A stretch of DNA of 56,003 nucleotides, from the NCBI GenBank assembly GCA_022729335.1, contig JALDAE010000001.1, positions 1 through 56,003 of the forward strand, given 5' to 3'. The notes below the pieces were generated by a model that made no database searches, was not told the DNA's origin, and saw only the letters and a list, made by a program, of their open reading frames with translations. Source of the DNA: Candidatus Nanoanaerosalina halalkaliphila (GTDB taxonomy: Archaea; Nanohalarchaeota; Nanosalinia; Nanosalinales; Nanoanaerosalinaceae). Made by a program: the position numbers and the translations under genes. Position 1 is the stretch's first letter; every line of letters starts with the position of its first letter. Shown here piece by piece: positions 35,082-44,571 of this stretch.

Positions 35082-35866
35082 TCTTCAGTCCGGTAATCTG
35101 ACCCGAACTGTCCAAGACTGGACTGTGTTTGACTGAATTTTTCATAGGAGGGTATCACGTCCTCCATATCAATTTTTATAAACTCCAGATCTCTTTTCTC
35201 CAGGTAGTTCACTACGTTGTCGGAAATCTTTGGAGCCACAAGTATTCCTCTTATCTCCCTTGAAGGAAACTCTTTCTCAATCTCATCGATATACCTGGAA
35301 AGCTGGAGCACTGAATTATGGTCCGGGTTTCTCTTTACCTCTATCACAACTAAATTATCATCCGAGTCCCTGGCAAAAACATCTATAAACCCGGCATCAG
35401 TCTCTTTTTCTCTTTCAACAATACATAGATCTTCTTCCACAATCTCGGGAGATCCCTCAATAGCCTCATGAATATCGACCTCGTGTCCTCTAACAACTAG
35501 TTCCCTGTCATCAACAAGCCTGGTTACATAGACCAGCTCCACAGACTCAAACCGTATTTCCACAACCTCTTTGGGATTAAAACGTCTGGAAACCAGCACT
35601 AGTTGACCCGAATCCATCCTGAAACTAAATTCATCCGTCTCCGGCTGCCAATTTTTGGGCTGATAGTTCTCAGGGCCATGAACAAGTAAAGCATTGTCCT
35701 GCTTTATAATCACAAACCTTTGGCCCGCATCAAGTTTTGATTTTGCTCTTCCCTGATAGTTGACAGAGCAATCTCCGGTTATCTGAACAACGAAAGGCCT
35801 GGAAGCATAGTTATCCAGCACCTCTCTTACCGATTCAAGATCCGGGTTTTTGAAAATCTCTTCCAT
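35078..35866 (-). CDS. nucS: Endonuclease NucS (EndoMS, mismatch-specific)
   Basis: N-terminal DNA-binding half (GRAKSKLDAGQRFVIIKQDNALLVHG). C-terminal PD-(D/E)xK half (GFIDVFARDSDDNLVVIEVKR...GILVAP). Confidence 0.87.
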   Translation of the reverse strand: MEEIFKNPDLESVREVLDNYASRPFVVQITGDCSVNYQGRAKSKLDAGQRFVIIKQDNALLVHGPENYQPKNWQPETDEFSFRMDSGQLVLVSRRFNPKEVVEIRFESVELVYVTRLVDDRELVVRGHEVDIHEAIEGSPEIVEEDLCIVEREKETDAGFIDVFARDSDDNLVVIEVKRNPDHNSVLQLSRYIDEIEKEFPSREIRGILVAPKISDNVVNYLEKRDLEFIKIDMEDVIPSYEKFSQTQSSLGQFGSDYRTED

Positions 35867-35913
35867 TTGAAAACCTCCATTATTATAACAGTGTTATACT
35901 ATCCGAACTTTAA

Positions 35914-37011
35914 CTACATTGACTCCTCTATCCTGTCGAAAGCCTCGTTTATCTCCTCTACCGACGAAGAACCGAAACAAATCCTCACATTTGTGTTCGA
36001 GGTTTCTCCCATGGGAGCTCCAGGCACAATTGCAACTCCTTCTTCAACCATTTTCCGGCAGAAACTCCAGGAATCTTTGCCTATATCCGGAAATATGTAG
36101 ATTCCGCCTTCAGGTTCTTCAACATACCATCCTAAATCTTTGCATCGCCTGTAAACTGTTTCCCGTCTTTTCTCGTATTCCTCTCTCATCTCTTTTACAT
36201 GTATGTCTTCTTCAAGGGCTTTTATGGCAGCATACTGGCTGGCTCTGGGAGGACAAGCTGTCATGGCTCTTGCTGTTTTTACCATCTCGTTAATTAGATC
36301 CTCGTCAGCTACAAGCCATCCGATCCTCCAGCCTGTCATCGCGTGATTCTTGGATGTGGAACCAACAACCAGAGTGTCATCGTACTCACCATAAGGAGTT
36401 TCGAATTCACCTGTGTAGTCCAGTCTGTTGTAAACCTCGTCAGATACCAGAACGGTTTCGGTTTTTTCAGCGACACGACACAGCTCCTCTATTTCTTGTT
36501 GGTCGTGTACCTTTCCGGTCGGATTGTTGGGAGAGTTGATTATTATTAATTCTGCTTCCTCGAGTTCTTCTTCAAGCTCCGAATTTAGTTCTCCATCTAC
36601 AAAGTAAGGAAGCTGTTCGAATCTGTTTCCATTTACAGCGCTAAGAAGCTTGTAGGGTCCCCAGCACGGATCGTTAAGAACAACTTTGTCATCGGGTTTA
36701 AGATACGATGTCATTATTATGTAGAGGGCTCCCATTCCTCCCACAGTTACAAGTACGTTTTCCTTGCTGATATCCATGCCTTCTTTCATGTTTTCCTCTT
36801 CTGCTATCTTTTCCCTCAACTTTTCGATACCTTTTGGATTCGTATAGCTCTGCCTCTCATCTATACGTTCTTCTACAAAATCTTTGACATGTTGAGGAGT
36901 ATCAAAACTTGGCTGCCCTATATCAAGCCTTATGCAGTCCTCTTGTTTGGCTGCTTTCTCAGAAATTTCGTTTATTGATAAACTGATACCTTTAATCTTT
37001 TCTCTAACCAT
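35914..37011 (-). CDS. Class I/II pyridoxal-phosphate aminotransferase (aspartate/aromatic type)
   Basis: NSPNNPTG, SDEVY and GSTSKNHAMTGWRIGW (PLP lysine region). It overlaps pheA by 8 nt. Confidence 0.83.
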   Translation of the reverse strand: MVREKIKGISLSINEISEKAAKQEDCIRLDIGQPSFDTPQHVKDFVEERIDERQSYTNPKGIEKLREKIAEEENMKEGMDISKENVLVTVGGMGALYIIMTSYLKPDDKVVLNDPCWGPYKLLSAVNGNRFEQLPYFVDGELNSELEEELEEAELIIINSPNNPTGKVHDQQEIEELCRVAEKTETVLVSDEVYNRLDYTGEFETPYGEYDDTLVVGSTSKNHAMTGWRIGWLVADEDLINEMVKTARAMTACPPRASQYAAIKALEEDIHVKEMREEYEKRRETVYRRCKDLGWYVEEPEGGIYIFPDIGKDSWSFCRKMVEEGVAIVPGAPMGETSNTNVRICFGSSSVEEINEAFDRIEESM

Positions 37012-37780
37012 TTATAACACCGTATGAGCCCAGAACTTCTACATCGCAGTATGTTTCAAGACATTTAACAGATTTATCGAAATTTTCGGATTTTCTACTG
37101 CTTTCAGCCTCAACAAAGAAGAAGTATTCTCCCATCTCCGTTCTTTTGGGCCTTGACTGGATAAAAGAAAGATTGATTCCGTGTCCGGAGAAACAGGAAA
37201 GCATGTTTGAAAGCAATCCCGGTCTATCCTCTTCGGGGTCAAGTATCAAACCGGTTTTGTCTCCTTCACCCGGTTCCTCTCCTAGAACCATGAACCTTGT
37301 CACGTTGGATTTCATGTCCTGCAGATCTTCTTCCAGAACGTTCAAACCGTTAATCTTTCCAGCCAGTCTTGATGCAATAGCTGCTTCATTCTCTCCCAGA
37401 TTTTTTGCTGCCTGTGCTGTGGATGTTGATTCTTTTTTTGTCCAGTCCCTGTCAGAAAGATACTTCCGGCACTGGTTAAATGCCTGAGGGTGGGAAACAA
37501 CCTTATCCACTTCTGAAATTTTGTCTTCTTTGGACAATAGAACATGATCGATACTTATTTTTTCCTCGGACTCTATAGCGTAATTTTTCTCTCTCAGAAA
37601 ATCTATGGTCTCAGATATACCTCCTCCAAGTGTGTTTTCGAAGGGCACCACTATTTTTTCTGCACTTGAGTCAAATACCTGTTCAATAGTCGAACAGAAA
37701 ATCGGATTAAAATCCTCAAAGTGTTTTCTTGTTGCCTGGTGGGTGTAAGTTCCCTCAGGACCCAGTAAAGCCACTTTCAT
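37004..37780 (-). CDS. pheA: Prephenate dehydratase with a C-terminal ACT domain
   Basis: VALLGPEGTYTHQA, FENTLGGGI, SHPQAFNQC, TRFMVLG; ACT region RPGLLSNMLSCFSGHGINLSFIQSRP. Confidence 0.87.
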   Translation of the reverse strand: MKVALLGPEGTYTHQATRKHFEDFNPIFCSTIEQVFDSSAEKIVVPFENTLGGGISETIDFLREKNYAIESEEKISIDHVLLSKEDKISEVDKVVSHPQAFNQCRKYLSDRDWTKKESTSTAQAAKNLGENEAAIASRLAGKINGLNVLEEDLQDMKSNVTRFMVLGEEPGEGDKTGLILDPEEDRPGLLSNMLSCFSGHGINLSFIQSRPKRTEMGEYFFFVEAESSRKSENFDKSVKCLETYCDVEVLGSYGVING

Positions 37781-37877
37781 ACTTTTGTTGTTCCCTCCCT
37801 AAACAGGTCTTTGGAATCGATGTTTTTTAAATTGTTCAGAAATATTTCAAGCAGAATTATTCGAAGAAATTAAAATA

Positions 37878-38030
37878 TGCCCCGACCGGGATTTGAACCC
37901 GGGTCTTCGGCTATCTTTACACGCTCATATCAGATCATCGTTCATGATCCATGAGCAGGAACCATGAACTCAGTTCTTTCGATAGATGTTCGAAAGGCCG
38001 AGATGATTGGCCGGACTACACTATCGGGGC
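37878..38030 (-). tRNA. tRNA-Glu (anticodon TTC at 37994-37992) with a 78-nt intron at the canonical 37/38 position (about 37913-37990)
   Basis: The reverse complement reads GCCCCGA-TA-GTGTAGTCCGGCCAATCAT-C-TCGGC-CTTTCGA...[78 nt]...GCCGA-AGAC-CCGGG-TTCAAAT-CCCGG-TCGGGGC-A. The D-arm sequence is the typical archaeal tRNA-Glu form. Confidence 0.85.
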
Positions 38031-38053
38031 ATTAAAATTAAAGGAGAGAAATC

Positions 38054-38206
38054 TTACTTCTCCCTGTTGGCATATCCAAGGTTTCTGCCCTTGGACCAGT
38101 TTTTCTCGCACTTGGATGAGCAAAAGTAGAGCCTTTTTCCACTGTTCATCACTAGCATCTTGCCGGAAGTCTTCGATACCTCGGTGCTACAGTAGTCACA
38201 TTCCAT
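38054..38206 (-). CDS. rpl24e: 50S ribosomal protein L24e
   Basis: Hand translation gives MECDYCSTEVSKTSGKMLVMNSGKRLYFCSSKCEKNWSKGRNLGYANREK (50 aa) with a C-x2-C...C-x3-C zinc motif. It falls below the ORF-track cutoff. Confidence 0.87.
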   Translation of the reverse strand: MECDYCSTEVSKTSGKMLVMNSGKRLYFCSSKCEKNWSKGRNLGYANREK

Positions 38207-38208
38207 TT

Positions 38209-38391
38209 TTATCGGCCCTCCATCCTTGTTTCTCTTAGCATCAGTATATCATCTTCTCTTACAGGCCCCATGACGTTTCTGACAAGTATCTTGCCTTCTT
38301 CGTCACCTTCTATGACCTTACACCTGATCTTGTAGATACCTCTGGCTCCACTGTTCCTGAGTATCTGTACAACTTTTGCTGGTACTGCCAT
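38209..38391 (-). CDS. rps28e: 30S ribosomal protein S28e
   Basis: AKVVQILRNSGARGIYKIRCKVIEG...ILVRNVMGPVREDDILMLRETRMEGR. Confidence 0.92.
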   Translation of the reverse strand: MAVPAKVVQILRNSGARGIYKIRCKVIEGDEEGKILVRNVMGPVREDDILMLRETRMEGR

Positions 38392-38397
38392 TTTTCA

Positions 38398-38760
38398 TCA
38401 CTCCTTTAGTTCTTCGACTTTTTCTTCGATCTCTTCAATATCGTCTTCTGCACTTCCCACGTCAGCTATTGCAACGGTTGCAGTTTGTACCTTTATTCCT
38501 GCAGCCATCCCAAGCTCTTCTTTGCTACCAACATATATATAGCTAATATCCTTCTCTTTACAAAGAGCAGGAACGTGCATAACGATTTCAGCAGGTTCTA
38601 CATCCTCTGCTATTACAACAAGATCAGCGTTATCTCTTTCAATCGATTTAGTTGTTTCGTTTGTGCCTATCCTGATTTTTCCAGTATCTCTAGCTTTTTC
38701 CACTGCCTCGTAGGTCTTTTCTGCAAGGCTTTCTGGTACTTCGAATTCTGTATAACTCAT
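38398..38760 (-). CDS. rpl7ae: 50S ribosomal protein L7Ae (K-turn binding)
   Basis: [29 protein letters not shown]...[11 protein letters not shown]. It sits in the conserved L7Ae-S28e-L24e operon. Confidence 0.93.
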   Translation of the reverse strand: MSYTEFEVPESLAEKTYEAVEKARDTGKIRIGTNETTKSIERDNADLVVIAEDVEPAEIVMHVPALCKEKDISYIYVGSKEELGMAAGIKVQTATVAIADVGSAEDDIEEIEEKVEELKE

Positions 38761-38794
38761 CTTTGATTTACACCTCTTTAGGCCACTAAGGGCG

Positions 38795-38811
38795 TCATCG
38801 GTTCTAATCAG
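38795..38811 (-). promoter_or_regulatory. Candidate K-loop (D'-like CTGA, 8 nt, C'-like GATGA) in the L7Ae leader
   Basis: The minus-strand RNA sense reads CUGA-uuagaacc-GAUGA and ends about 35 nt upstream of the L7Ae ATG at 38760. This is a pattern match only. Confidence 0.25.
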
Positions 38812-38859
38812 ATTTACAACTTAAAATTTATAAAATGTTCTCCTTCCAAGAGAGAAAAA

Positions 38860-39519
38860 TTATTTTTCGTCGGGGTGGACGTTTCCTTTGATAGATTCCA
38901 GAGAGTCTTGGAGATCCTCAAGCATCTCCTTCACATCACCGCTCGTCCTCCTGTCTTCGTCAAGAGTGCTTTTAAGACCTGCCATCTTGGTCCTGAGATC
39001 ATCTCCAATATCATACATATCTTGCAATGTCCTTTTGGTCTTCCTAAACTTTTTGACCCTGATAAACAAAGGACCTGTCTCTATGTCAGGTACTTCGATC
39101 TTTTTGGTTTTAGGAATCAGCATCTCATCTATGTTTCTGTCTTCCTCTTCTTTCTCAGGTGGTTCTTGTGGTGTCGTCTGTCTTTCCACACCTCGATCTC
39201 TCCTTTCAACTGTTTCTTCTTCAGAATTTTCTTGACTCGATCCTGATGGAGGTTCAGGCAGAAAATCATCTTCTTCCGCATCTTCAGCTTTATCTTCCTC
39301 TGGCTCTTCTCTGTATTCGATTTCTTCGTACTGTTCTTCATTCTCCTGTTCTTTTATCTCTCCGGACTCTTCGATTTCGACCTCGTCCGAGTCCTCATAG
39401 TAATAATCTTCATCATCTCCTTCTTCATTGGAGCCTGTCACTGTTTCCTTTATATGCTGCATGTCGGAATCAAGTTTGTCTCCTTTATCTGTCATCTTAC
39501 CCCTCTTCTCCTTAAACAA
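38860..39519 (-). CDS. Acidic hypothetical protein with a conserved-looking coiled-coil C-terminus
   Basis: The N-terminal two-thirds is D/E-rich and low-complexity. The C-terminal PLFIRVKKFRKTKRTLQDM...LKSTLDEDRR...LEDLQDSLESIKGNV looks structured. I cannot name a family. Confidence 0.5.
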   Translation of the reverse strand: MFKEKRGKMTDKGDKLDSDMQHIKETVTGSNEEGDDEDYYYEDSDEVEIEESGEIKEQENEEQYEEIEYREEPEEDKAEDAEEDDFLPEPPSGSSQENSEEETVERRDRGVERQTTPQEPPEKEEEDRNIDEMLIPKTKKIEVPDIETGPLFIRVKKFRKTKRTLQDMYDIGDDLRTKMAGLKSTLDEDRRTSGDVKEMLEDLQDSLESIKGNVHPDEK

Positions 39520-39701
39520 TTCTTTGTTTATCTTCCTTTTATAACTATCTCCCTCTAATTATTGGTTTTTTATTGCTCTCAGGAAACAAATAGCGATTAC
39601 AATAAAACACATGTATCTCATAATCTGTTTTGTAAAACAACTGTTCTGTGTCCATACGAACAACGGATATGTTTAAAAAAACTTGTAGAGAAAATTAAAG
39701 T

Positions 39702-40166
39702 ATGTTAGATTTTTTCAAAGAAAGTAAGGACGGAAAAAATGTTGCTGTTTTTGTTGACGGACCAAACATTATCAGAAACGAGTTCGACATAGATCTTGAT
39801 GATCTGAGAGAAGGCTGTGAATCGCTTGGCGATGTTAAAATCGGAAAGGTGTTCTTGAACCAGTACGCAAGCGATAAACTTGTTGAGGCAGTGATCTCAC
39901 AGGGTTTTGAGCCAGAAGTAGGAGTTGCAGGAGAAGAAAAAGAAGAAAAAGATGTTGACGTCTACATGGCAGTCGAAGTCATGGAATCAGTATACAACGA
40001 AAAGATCGATATAATAGCTCTGGCAACAAGAGACACAGATTTCCTTCCAGTTATTCAAAAAGCCAAAGAACACAACAAGGACACAGCTATTGTATGTGTT
40101 GATCAGGGCCTCTCTACAGCTCTAAAAAACGCTGTTGACGAAACTGTAATTATTGAAACAAAATAA
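39702..40166 (+). CDS. NYN-domain (LabA/DUF88-like) putative ribonuclease
   Basis: VAVFVDGPNIIRN, DVDVYMAVEVME and IIALATRDTDFLPVIQKAKEHNK match the NYN acidic-residue pattern. Confidence 0.78.
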   Translation: MLDFFKESKDGKNVAVFVDGPNIIRNEFDIDLDDLREGCESLGDVKIGKVFLNQYASDKLVEAVISQGFEPEVGVAGEEKEEKDVDVYMAVEVMESVYNEKIDIIALATRDTDFLPVIQKAKEHNKDTAIVCVDQGLSTALKNAVDETVIIETK

Positions 40167-40180
40167 ACTTAAACCAAGAT

Positions 40181-40504
40181 ATGGAAAAACTGTTGGATAT
40201 GTTAGGATATTTTGATATACCCGCCGCCGTCATATTTTTTCTGGGAGATTTCTGGATGCCGAACTGGCTGAAAATCTCTATTGCAGTTTTTATACTTTTC
40301 AGGGGAATTACCTCGATATTCAAAATACCTGTATGGAAAGGACCGATTTCATTTTTCGCAGGTATCGTTGATATCATAGCAGGTTCAACCATGTATTTTG
40401 CAACCACGTACACAGGGACAATGGTACATCTGTCTCAAGTGTTCGGAATCATTATAGGTATGAAAGGATTGATGACCGTATTCTACGGTATAAAGGATGT
40501 CTAG
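40181..40504 (+). CDS. Small membrane protein
   Basis: 107 aa with three to four hydrophobic helices. It starts 15 nt after the NYN gene. Confidence 0.45.
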   Translation: MEKLLDMLGYFDIPAAVIFFLGDFWMPNWLKISIAVFILFRGITSIFKIPVWKGPISFFAGIVDIIAGSTMYFATTYTGTMVHLSQVFGIIIGMKGLMTVFYGIKDV

Positions 40505-40512
40505 AAACTAAT

Positions 40513-41739
40513 TTACCTTATCCTGTAGCGCAATATTGCTGCTACTCCTCCCATATTCCACAGCCTTTCCCCTTCTTCGTGCTGTCTGGATATTATCATA
40601 ACCGATGAATCCATCTGGGATGCTTTTTTCTGAAACATCTCGACCACGTCTTTTTTCTCCTCGAGATCCATGTTAGCACCGCACTCCTCACAGCTGTGGC
40701 TCTCGTTCTCGGCTTCAAAATCGGAGATATGCTTTACCTCTTCTTTCCCGCATTCCGGGCATTCAAACCTGGCTTCCTTCTTCTCAAAGTCCTCGGAAAA
40801 TAGCAAAGTATCGACCGCTCCCATCTGAAGAGCTTTTGCCACATCCTCAAGCCCAAAGACTGATTTCCCGTTTTCTTTTTTCAGATTCACGAGGAACTGA
40901 TTCACTTTCTGTTTCTCCCTTATAGCCTCGGATTCCTGGATAACGTCTTCGGCCTTGTTCAAAAGTTCTTTAAGCCCTTCTTCTCCGGAATAATTAGTTC
41001 CAATTGTTGTAAGGAGTTTTTCAAGCAGCTCCTTTGGAAGGTAATCTTTCTCGGTGAGATCCTCCTTTGAAAAACCAGGGCCACCGACGATAAGCCCCAG
41101 TAATTCATCATCTCTTGCTTTCTGGAGAAAGGCCTGCTTGGCCTTATCAGCAACCTGATTTAGAAAAGTATCGTATAAATTCTCACGTATCCTCTCGAAC
41201 CTCTGCTGGGACTGACCTCCCTTTGTAGTCTTTCCCGGTACCTGGGACTCAAGTGTGTGTTCCACGGTCAGGTGGTTTCCTCTTACATATCCTATAGCTG
41301 CCTCAGATTTATCTATACATATCATGCCGTATACTTCCTTGTCTATAAGTAGGTCCTCGAGAGGTTCCAGAAGAAACTCCTTGTCACACTTGTACCTTCT
41401 TGACTCTATTGGCTCGTGTGGTTCAACCTCCCACATCTGTATATCCGGTCTTCCCTCCTGTTCCGAAACGTTGCCTGAAAAAAGCGCTATACCATTATCA
41501 GGAATCTCTCCTGCATTCTTTAAACGTCTCTCCATCTTTTCAAGTGCGGATATAACGTTTTTTCTTGTGTTCTTTGATTTTATGTTCTGTGCTTCGGACT
41601 GCTCGGAGTTCAAAAAATTGATGATTTTCCTGATGTCATATTCTGGAGGAATATATAGGCTCACCAGTTCTGTATTCCTGCCTCTGTGATCGGAAAGCTC
41701 TTCCAGCACCTTTGATAATTGATGTTTGTCCATGACCAT
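40513..41739 (-). CDS. prf1: Peptide chain release factor aRF1
   Basis: NIKS motif (EAQNIKSKNTR), GGQ motif (KGGQSQQRFER) and a C-terminal zinc-ribbon insertion (CPECG...CEECG). Confidence 0.93.
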   Translation of the reverse strand: MVMDKHQLSKVLEELSDHRGRNTELVSLYIPPEYDIRKIINFLNSEQSEAQNIKSKNTRKNVISALEKMERRLKNAGEIPDNGIALFSGNVSEQEGRPDIQMWEVEPHEPIESRRYKCDKEFLLEPLEDLLIDKEVYGMICIDKSEAAIGYVRGNHLTVEHTLESQVPGKTTKGGQSQQRFERIRENLYDTFLNQVADKAKQAFLQKARDDELLGLIVGGPGFSKEDLTEKDYLPKELLEKLLTTIGTNYSGEEGLKELLNKAEDVIQESEAIREKQKVNQFLVNLKKENGKSVFGLEDVAKALQMGAVDTLLFSEDFEKKEARFECPECGKEEVKHISDFEAENESHSCEECGANMDLEEKKDVVEMFQKKASQMDSSVMIISRQHEEGERLWNMGGVAAILRYRIR

Positions 41740-41804
41740 CTGAAATTAATACCTCTCACGAAAACTTTTGCCTTCAAACTTTTAAATAACCAAGAAATCC
41801 CAGG

Positions 41805-44414
41805 CTATCTTACAAGAACGACGCAGTTCTCCGTCTGAACTATATCTCCTTCCTCGCCTTTAAGCCTGTACTTCCTGTTAACCTCGAAATCTTCGCCTTC
41901 TTCAAGAACGGCGTCCGCTATCTCTATCTTTCCGTCCTCGATATCTTTCTCCTCAATTTCATCGATCTTTTCCTCTATCTCCTTGACTTTTCCTCCGTAC
42001 TTCGGACCAAGAACGGAGTAATCAAGGTCTATCGATTCTATTCTCTGCTCAAGCTCGGGTTCTTCGCTCGAAATTTCAAGGTTTTCAACAGACATGGCTT
42101 TCATTATATCTTTCTTCACTTGCTCGAGGTTTTTCGGCCCGTAAATCCTAGCTTCTTCGATATCTGCATTCAGAGACAAGTTTTGCTCTGACTTATACTT
42201 TCTCAAAGCGGATATTGCCTCAACTCCCAGTTCACCGGTCTCGTGAGATTCAAGATAACCGTAATCCTGAACTTGAGGCCAGCTCTCACAGTGAATTGAT
42301 TCTGAACCCTCATATTCTCTGTACATCCTGTTATATATCTCTTCTGTTACGAAGGGCATTACAGGTGCCAGCATCTTCAATGTTTCGAGGAAAGCATGGT
42401 ACATCACATAAAGAGCTCTTTCGTCTCCATCGTAGAGCCTCCTCTTGACGATTTCCAGGTAGTTATCTGCCATATCGTGCCAGAAAAACTGCTTTACAAG
42501 TTCTTTTGAGCGGTTGTACTGGCACTCCTCGAACCAGTCCGTAGCCTCTTCAACCGTTTCATCGAGCTCCATCAACAGCCATCTGTCCATAACCCCCATG
42601 CTTTCTGGTTTCTCTGGTTCATCCTCGATGAACTGGTCGAGGAACCTTCCAACATTCCAGAGTTTTGTGACAAGCTTCTGACCCGCAACAAGGTCGTCCT
42701 CCCTGAAAACAAGGTCTTCTCCAAGTTTGACCTTTGAGGACCACCATCTCAATGCATCCGCCGAGTACTTGTCAACTATTTTCTCTGGCTGGACAACTAT
42801 TCCCTTGGATTTGGAGAAAGACTTTCCTTCTTCGGCCATACCCATGCCGGATATCATGATATTTTTCCATGGAACGGAATCAGTATGAAGATGGCTTTTC
42901 AGAACGGTGTAAAACGCCCAGGTTCTTATTATATCGTATCCCTGGGGCCTTAGATCCATCGGATATATGTCCATGTTCTCTTCTTCGGATTTCCAGTGTG
43001 AGTTTATCAGAGGGGTCAGTGAAGATGTGTACCATGTGTCCATCACATCAGTCTCGGGTTCAAAACTTTCTGAACCGCATTCAGGGCATTCATCAACAGG
43101 AGGTTCTTCTTCATTGGGCTGTACAGGCATGTCATCTTCTTCAGCCAATACAATTTCTTCACAGTTCTCACAGTACCACACAGGGAAAGGAACACCGTAG
43201 AACCTCTGGCGCGAAACACACCAGTCCCACTTGAGACCGTCGGTCCACTCGTCGAATCTTTTGTTCATGAACTCGGGATACCATTCGACATCATCAGCTC
43301 TTTCCTTGAGCTCTTCTTTTATATCCAGCATCTTGACGAACCACTGGTCAGCAAGGTAGTACTCGACAGGGTGATCGCATCTTTCGTGAACCTGTACAGC
43401 GTGCTCAAGCTCCTCCCTGTCCTCTAGGAAGCCTTCTTCTTCCAGCTCTTTAACTATTTCTTCCCTAGCTTCTTCTACTTCCATACCCTCGTACTCTCCA
43501 GCTCTCTCATTGAGGGTTCCGTCCTCGTTTATCGATATCTTCAGATCGAGGTCGTGGTCCTTCCACCACTCGATATCGGTCTTGTCTCCAAAAGTACAGA
43601 CCATGACAGCTCCGGATCCGAACTCGGGATCCACCTTGTGGTCCTCCATTATCTCGACTTCCTGGCCAAAAACCGGTACTTCCACGGTATCTCCAACAAT
43701 TCCCTGATATCGGTCATCATCAGGATGTACAAAGACACCGACGCATGATGAAAGAAGTTCGGGACGGGTAGTTGATATCTTGATACTGTCTTCCCTGTCA
43801 GTATACGGAAATTTTAAATGATTGAGAAATGCATTCTTTTCTTCATCCTCTATGTCTGCCTGTGCAAGCCCTGTTTTACATTCAGGACACCATATAACAG
43901 GATCTTCCTTTCTATAAACTCTGTCCTTCTCGTAAAGATCTTTGAAGGAAAGCTGGGAGACTCTCTGAGACTCATCGCTTATAGTTGTGTAAAGCAGGTT
44001 CCAGTCTACAGAGATACCAAGAAGGTTCCATATATTTCGGTAGTTCTCCCTTCCTTCTTTAGTAACCTCTATACATTTCTGGATAAACTCGGATCTCCCA
44101 ATCTCGTGTTTGTCAACATCTAGCTTTCTCTCGACGTATCTCTCCGTAGGTAAACCGTTGTCGTCAAAACCCATAGGGTAAAAAACGTTGAATCCCTGCA
44201 TCCTCTTGTAACGGGCTATAAACTCCGCCTGAGTATAGCTCATCGCGTGACCCACGTGAAGATCTCCCGATACATACGGCGGAGGCGTATCTATCGAATA
44301 GGTCGGTTTATCGGAGTTGGGATCGTAAGCATAGATATCCATCTCCTTCCATTTTTCTCTCCACTTTTTTTCAACTGCATCCGAATCATAGTTCTTGGGA
44401 AAATCTTCACTCAT
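41805..44414 (-). CDS. valS: Valyl-tRNA synthetase
   Basis: PPPYVSGDLHVGHA (HIGH), GFDDNGLPTE, editing-domain TTRPELL, a zinc knuckle (WCPECK), a KMSKS-like SFSKSKG and a coiled-coil tail. Confidence 0.85.
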   Translation of the reverse strand: MSEDFPKNYDSDAVEKKWREKWKEMDIYAYDPNSDKPTYSIDTPPPYVSGDLHVGHAMSYTQAEFIARYKRMQGFNVFYPMGFDDNGLPTERYVERKLDVDKHEIGRSEFIQKCIEVTKEGRENYRNIWNLLGISVDWNLLYTTISDESQRVSQLSFKDLYEKDRVYRKEDPVIWCPECKTGLAQADIEDEEKNAFLNHLKFPYTDREDSIKISTTRPELLSSCVGVFVHPDDDRYQGIVGDTVEVPVFGQEVEIMEDHKVDPEFGSGAVMVCTFGDKTDIEWWKDHDLDLKISINEDGTLNERAGEYEGMEVEEAREEIVKELEEEGFLEDREELEHAVQVHERCDHPVEYYLADQWFVKMLDIKEELKERADDVEWYPEFMNKRFDEWTDGLKWDWCVSRQRFYGVPFPVWYCENCEEIVLAEEDDMPVQPNEEEPPVDECPECGSESFEPETDVMDTWYTSSLTPLINSHWKSEEENMDIYPMDLRPQGYDIIRTWAFYTVLKSHLHTDSVPWKNIMISGMGMAEEGKSFSKSKGIVVQPEKIVDKYSADALRWWSSKVKLGEDLVFREDDLVAGQKLVTKLWNVGRFLDQFIEDEPEKPESMGVMDRWLLMELDETVEEATDWFEECQYNRSKELVKQFFWHDMADNYLEIVKRRLYDGDERALYVMYHAFLETLKMLAPVMPFVTEEIYNRMYREYEGSESIHCESWPQVQDYGYLESHETGELGVEAISALRKYKSEQNLSLNADIEEARIYGPKNLEQVKKDIMKAMSVENLEISSEEPELEQRIESIDLDYSVLGPKYGGKVKEIEEKIDEIEEKDIEDGKIEIADAVLEEGEDFEVNRKYRLKGEEGDIVQTENCVVLVR

Positions 44415-44571
44415 TGGTCACGCACCTGTTTTTTACCTGTTTAAAACCTTGAAACCAGATTTTTTATAATTACCGTAAGGCCTCCCCTATTTTAACAAAT
44501 TTAAAAGATCCCAGTAATATTCTGTTTTTCTCGAGAAAAACTTGTTAAACCTGAAAAACTATCTTTCATTT

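Noticed and set aside
37913-37990. A possible C/D-box guide sRNA inside the tRNA-Glu intron.
   Set aside because: Only partial matches exist (CTGA at the 5' side; GATGATCTGA and TGATATGA near the 3' side). There is no proper RUGAUGA box and no C...D'...C'...D order with about 12-nt guide spacers.
37951-38238. A 95-aa plus-strand ORF.
   Set aside because: It overlaps the 5' half of tRNA-Glu and lies antisense to the whole L24e gene. Both of those are supported by strong sequence patterns.
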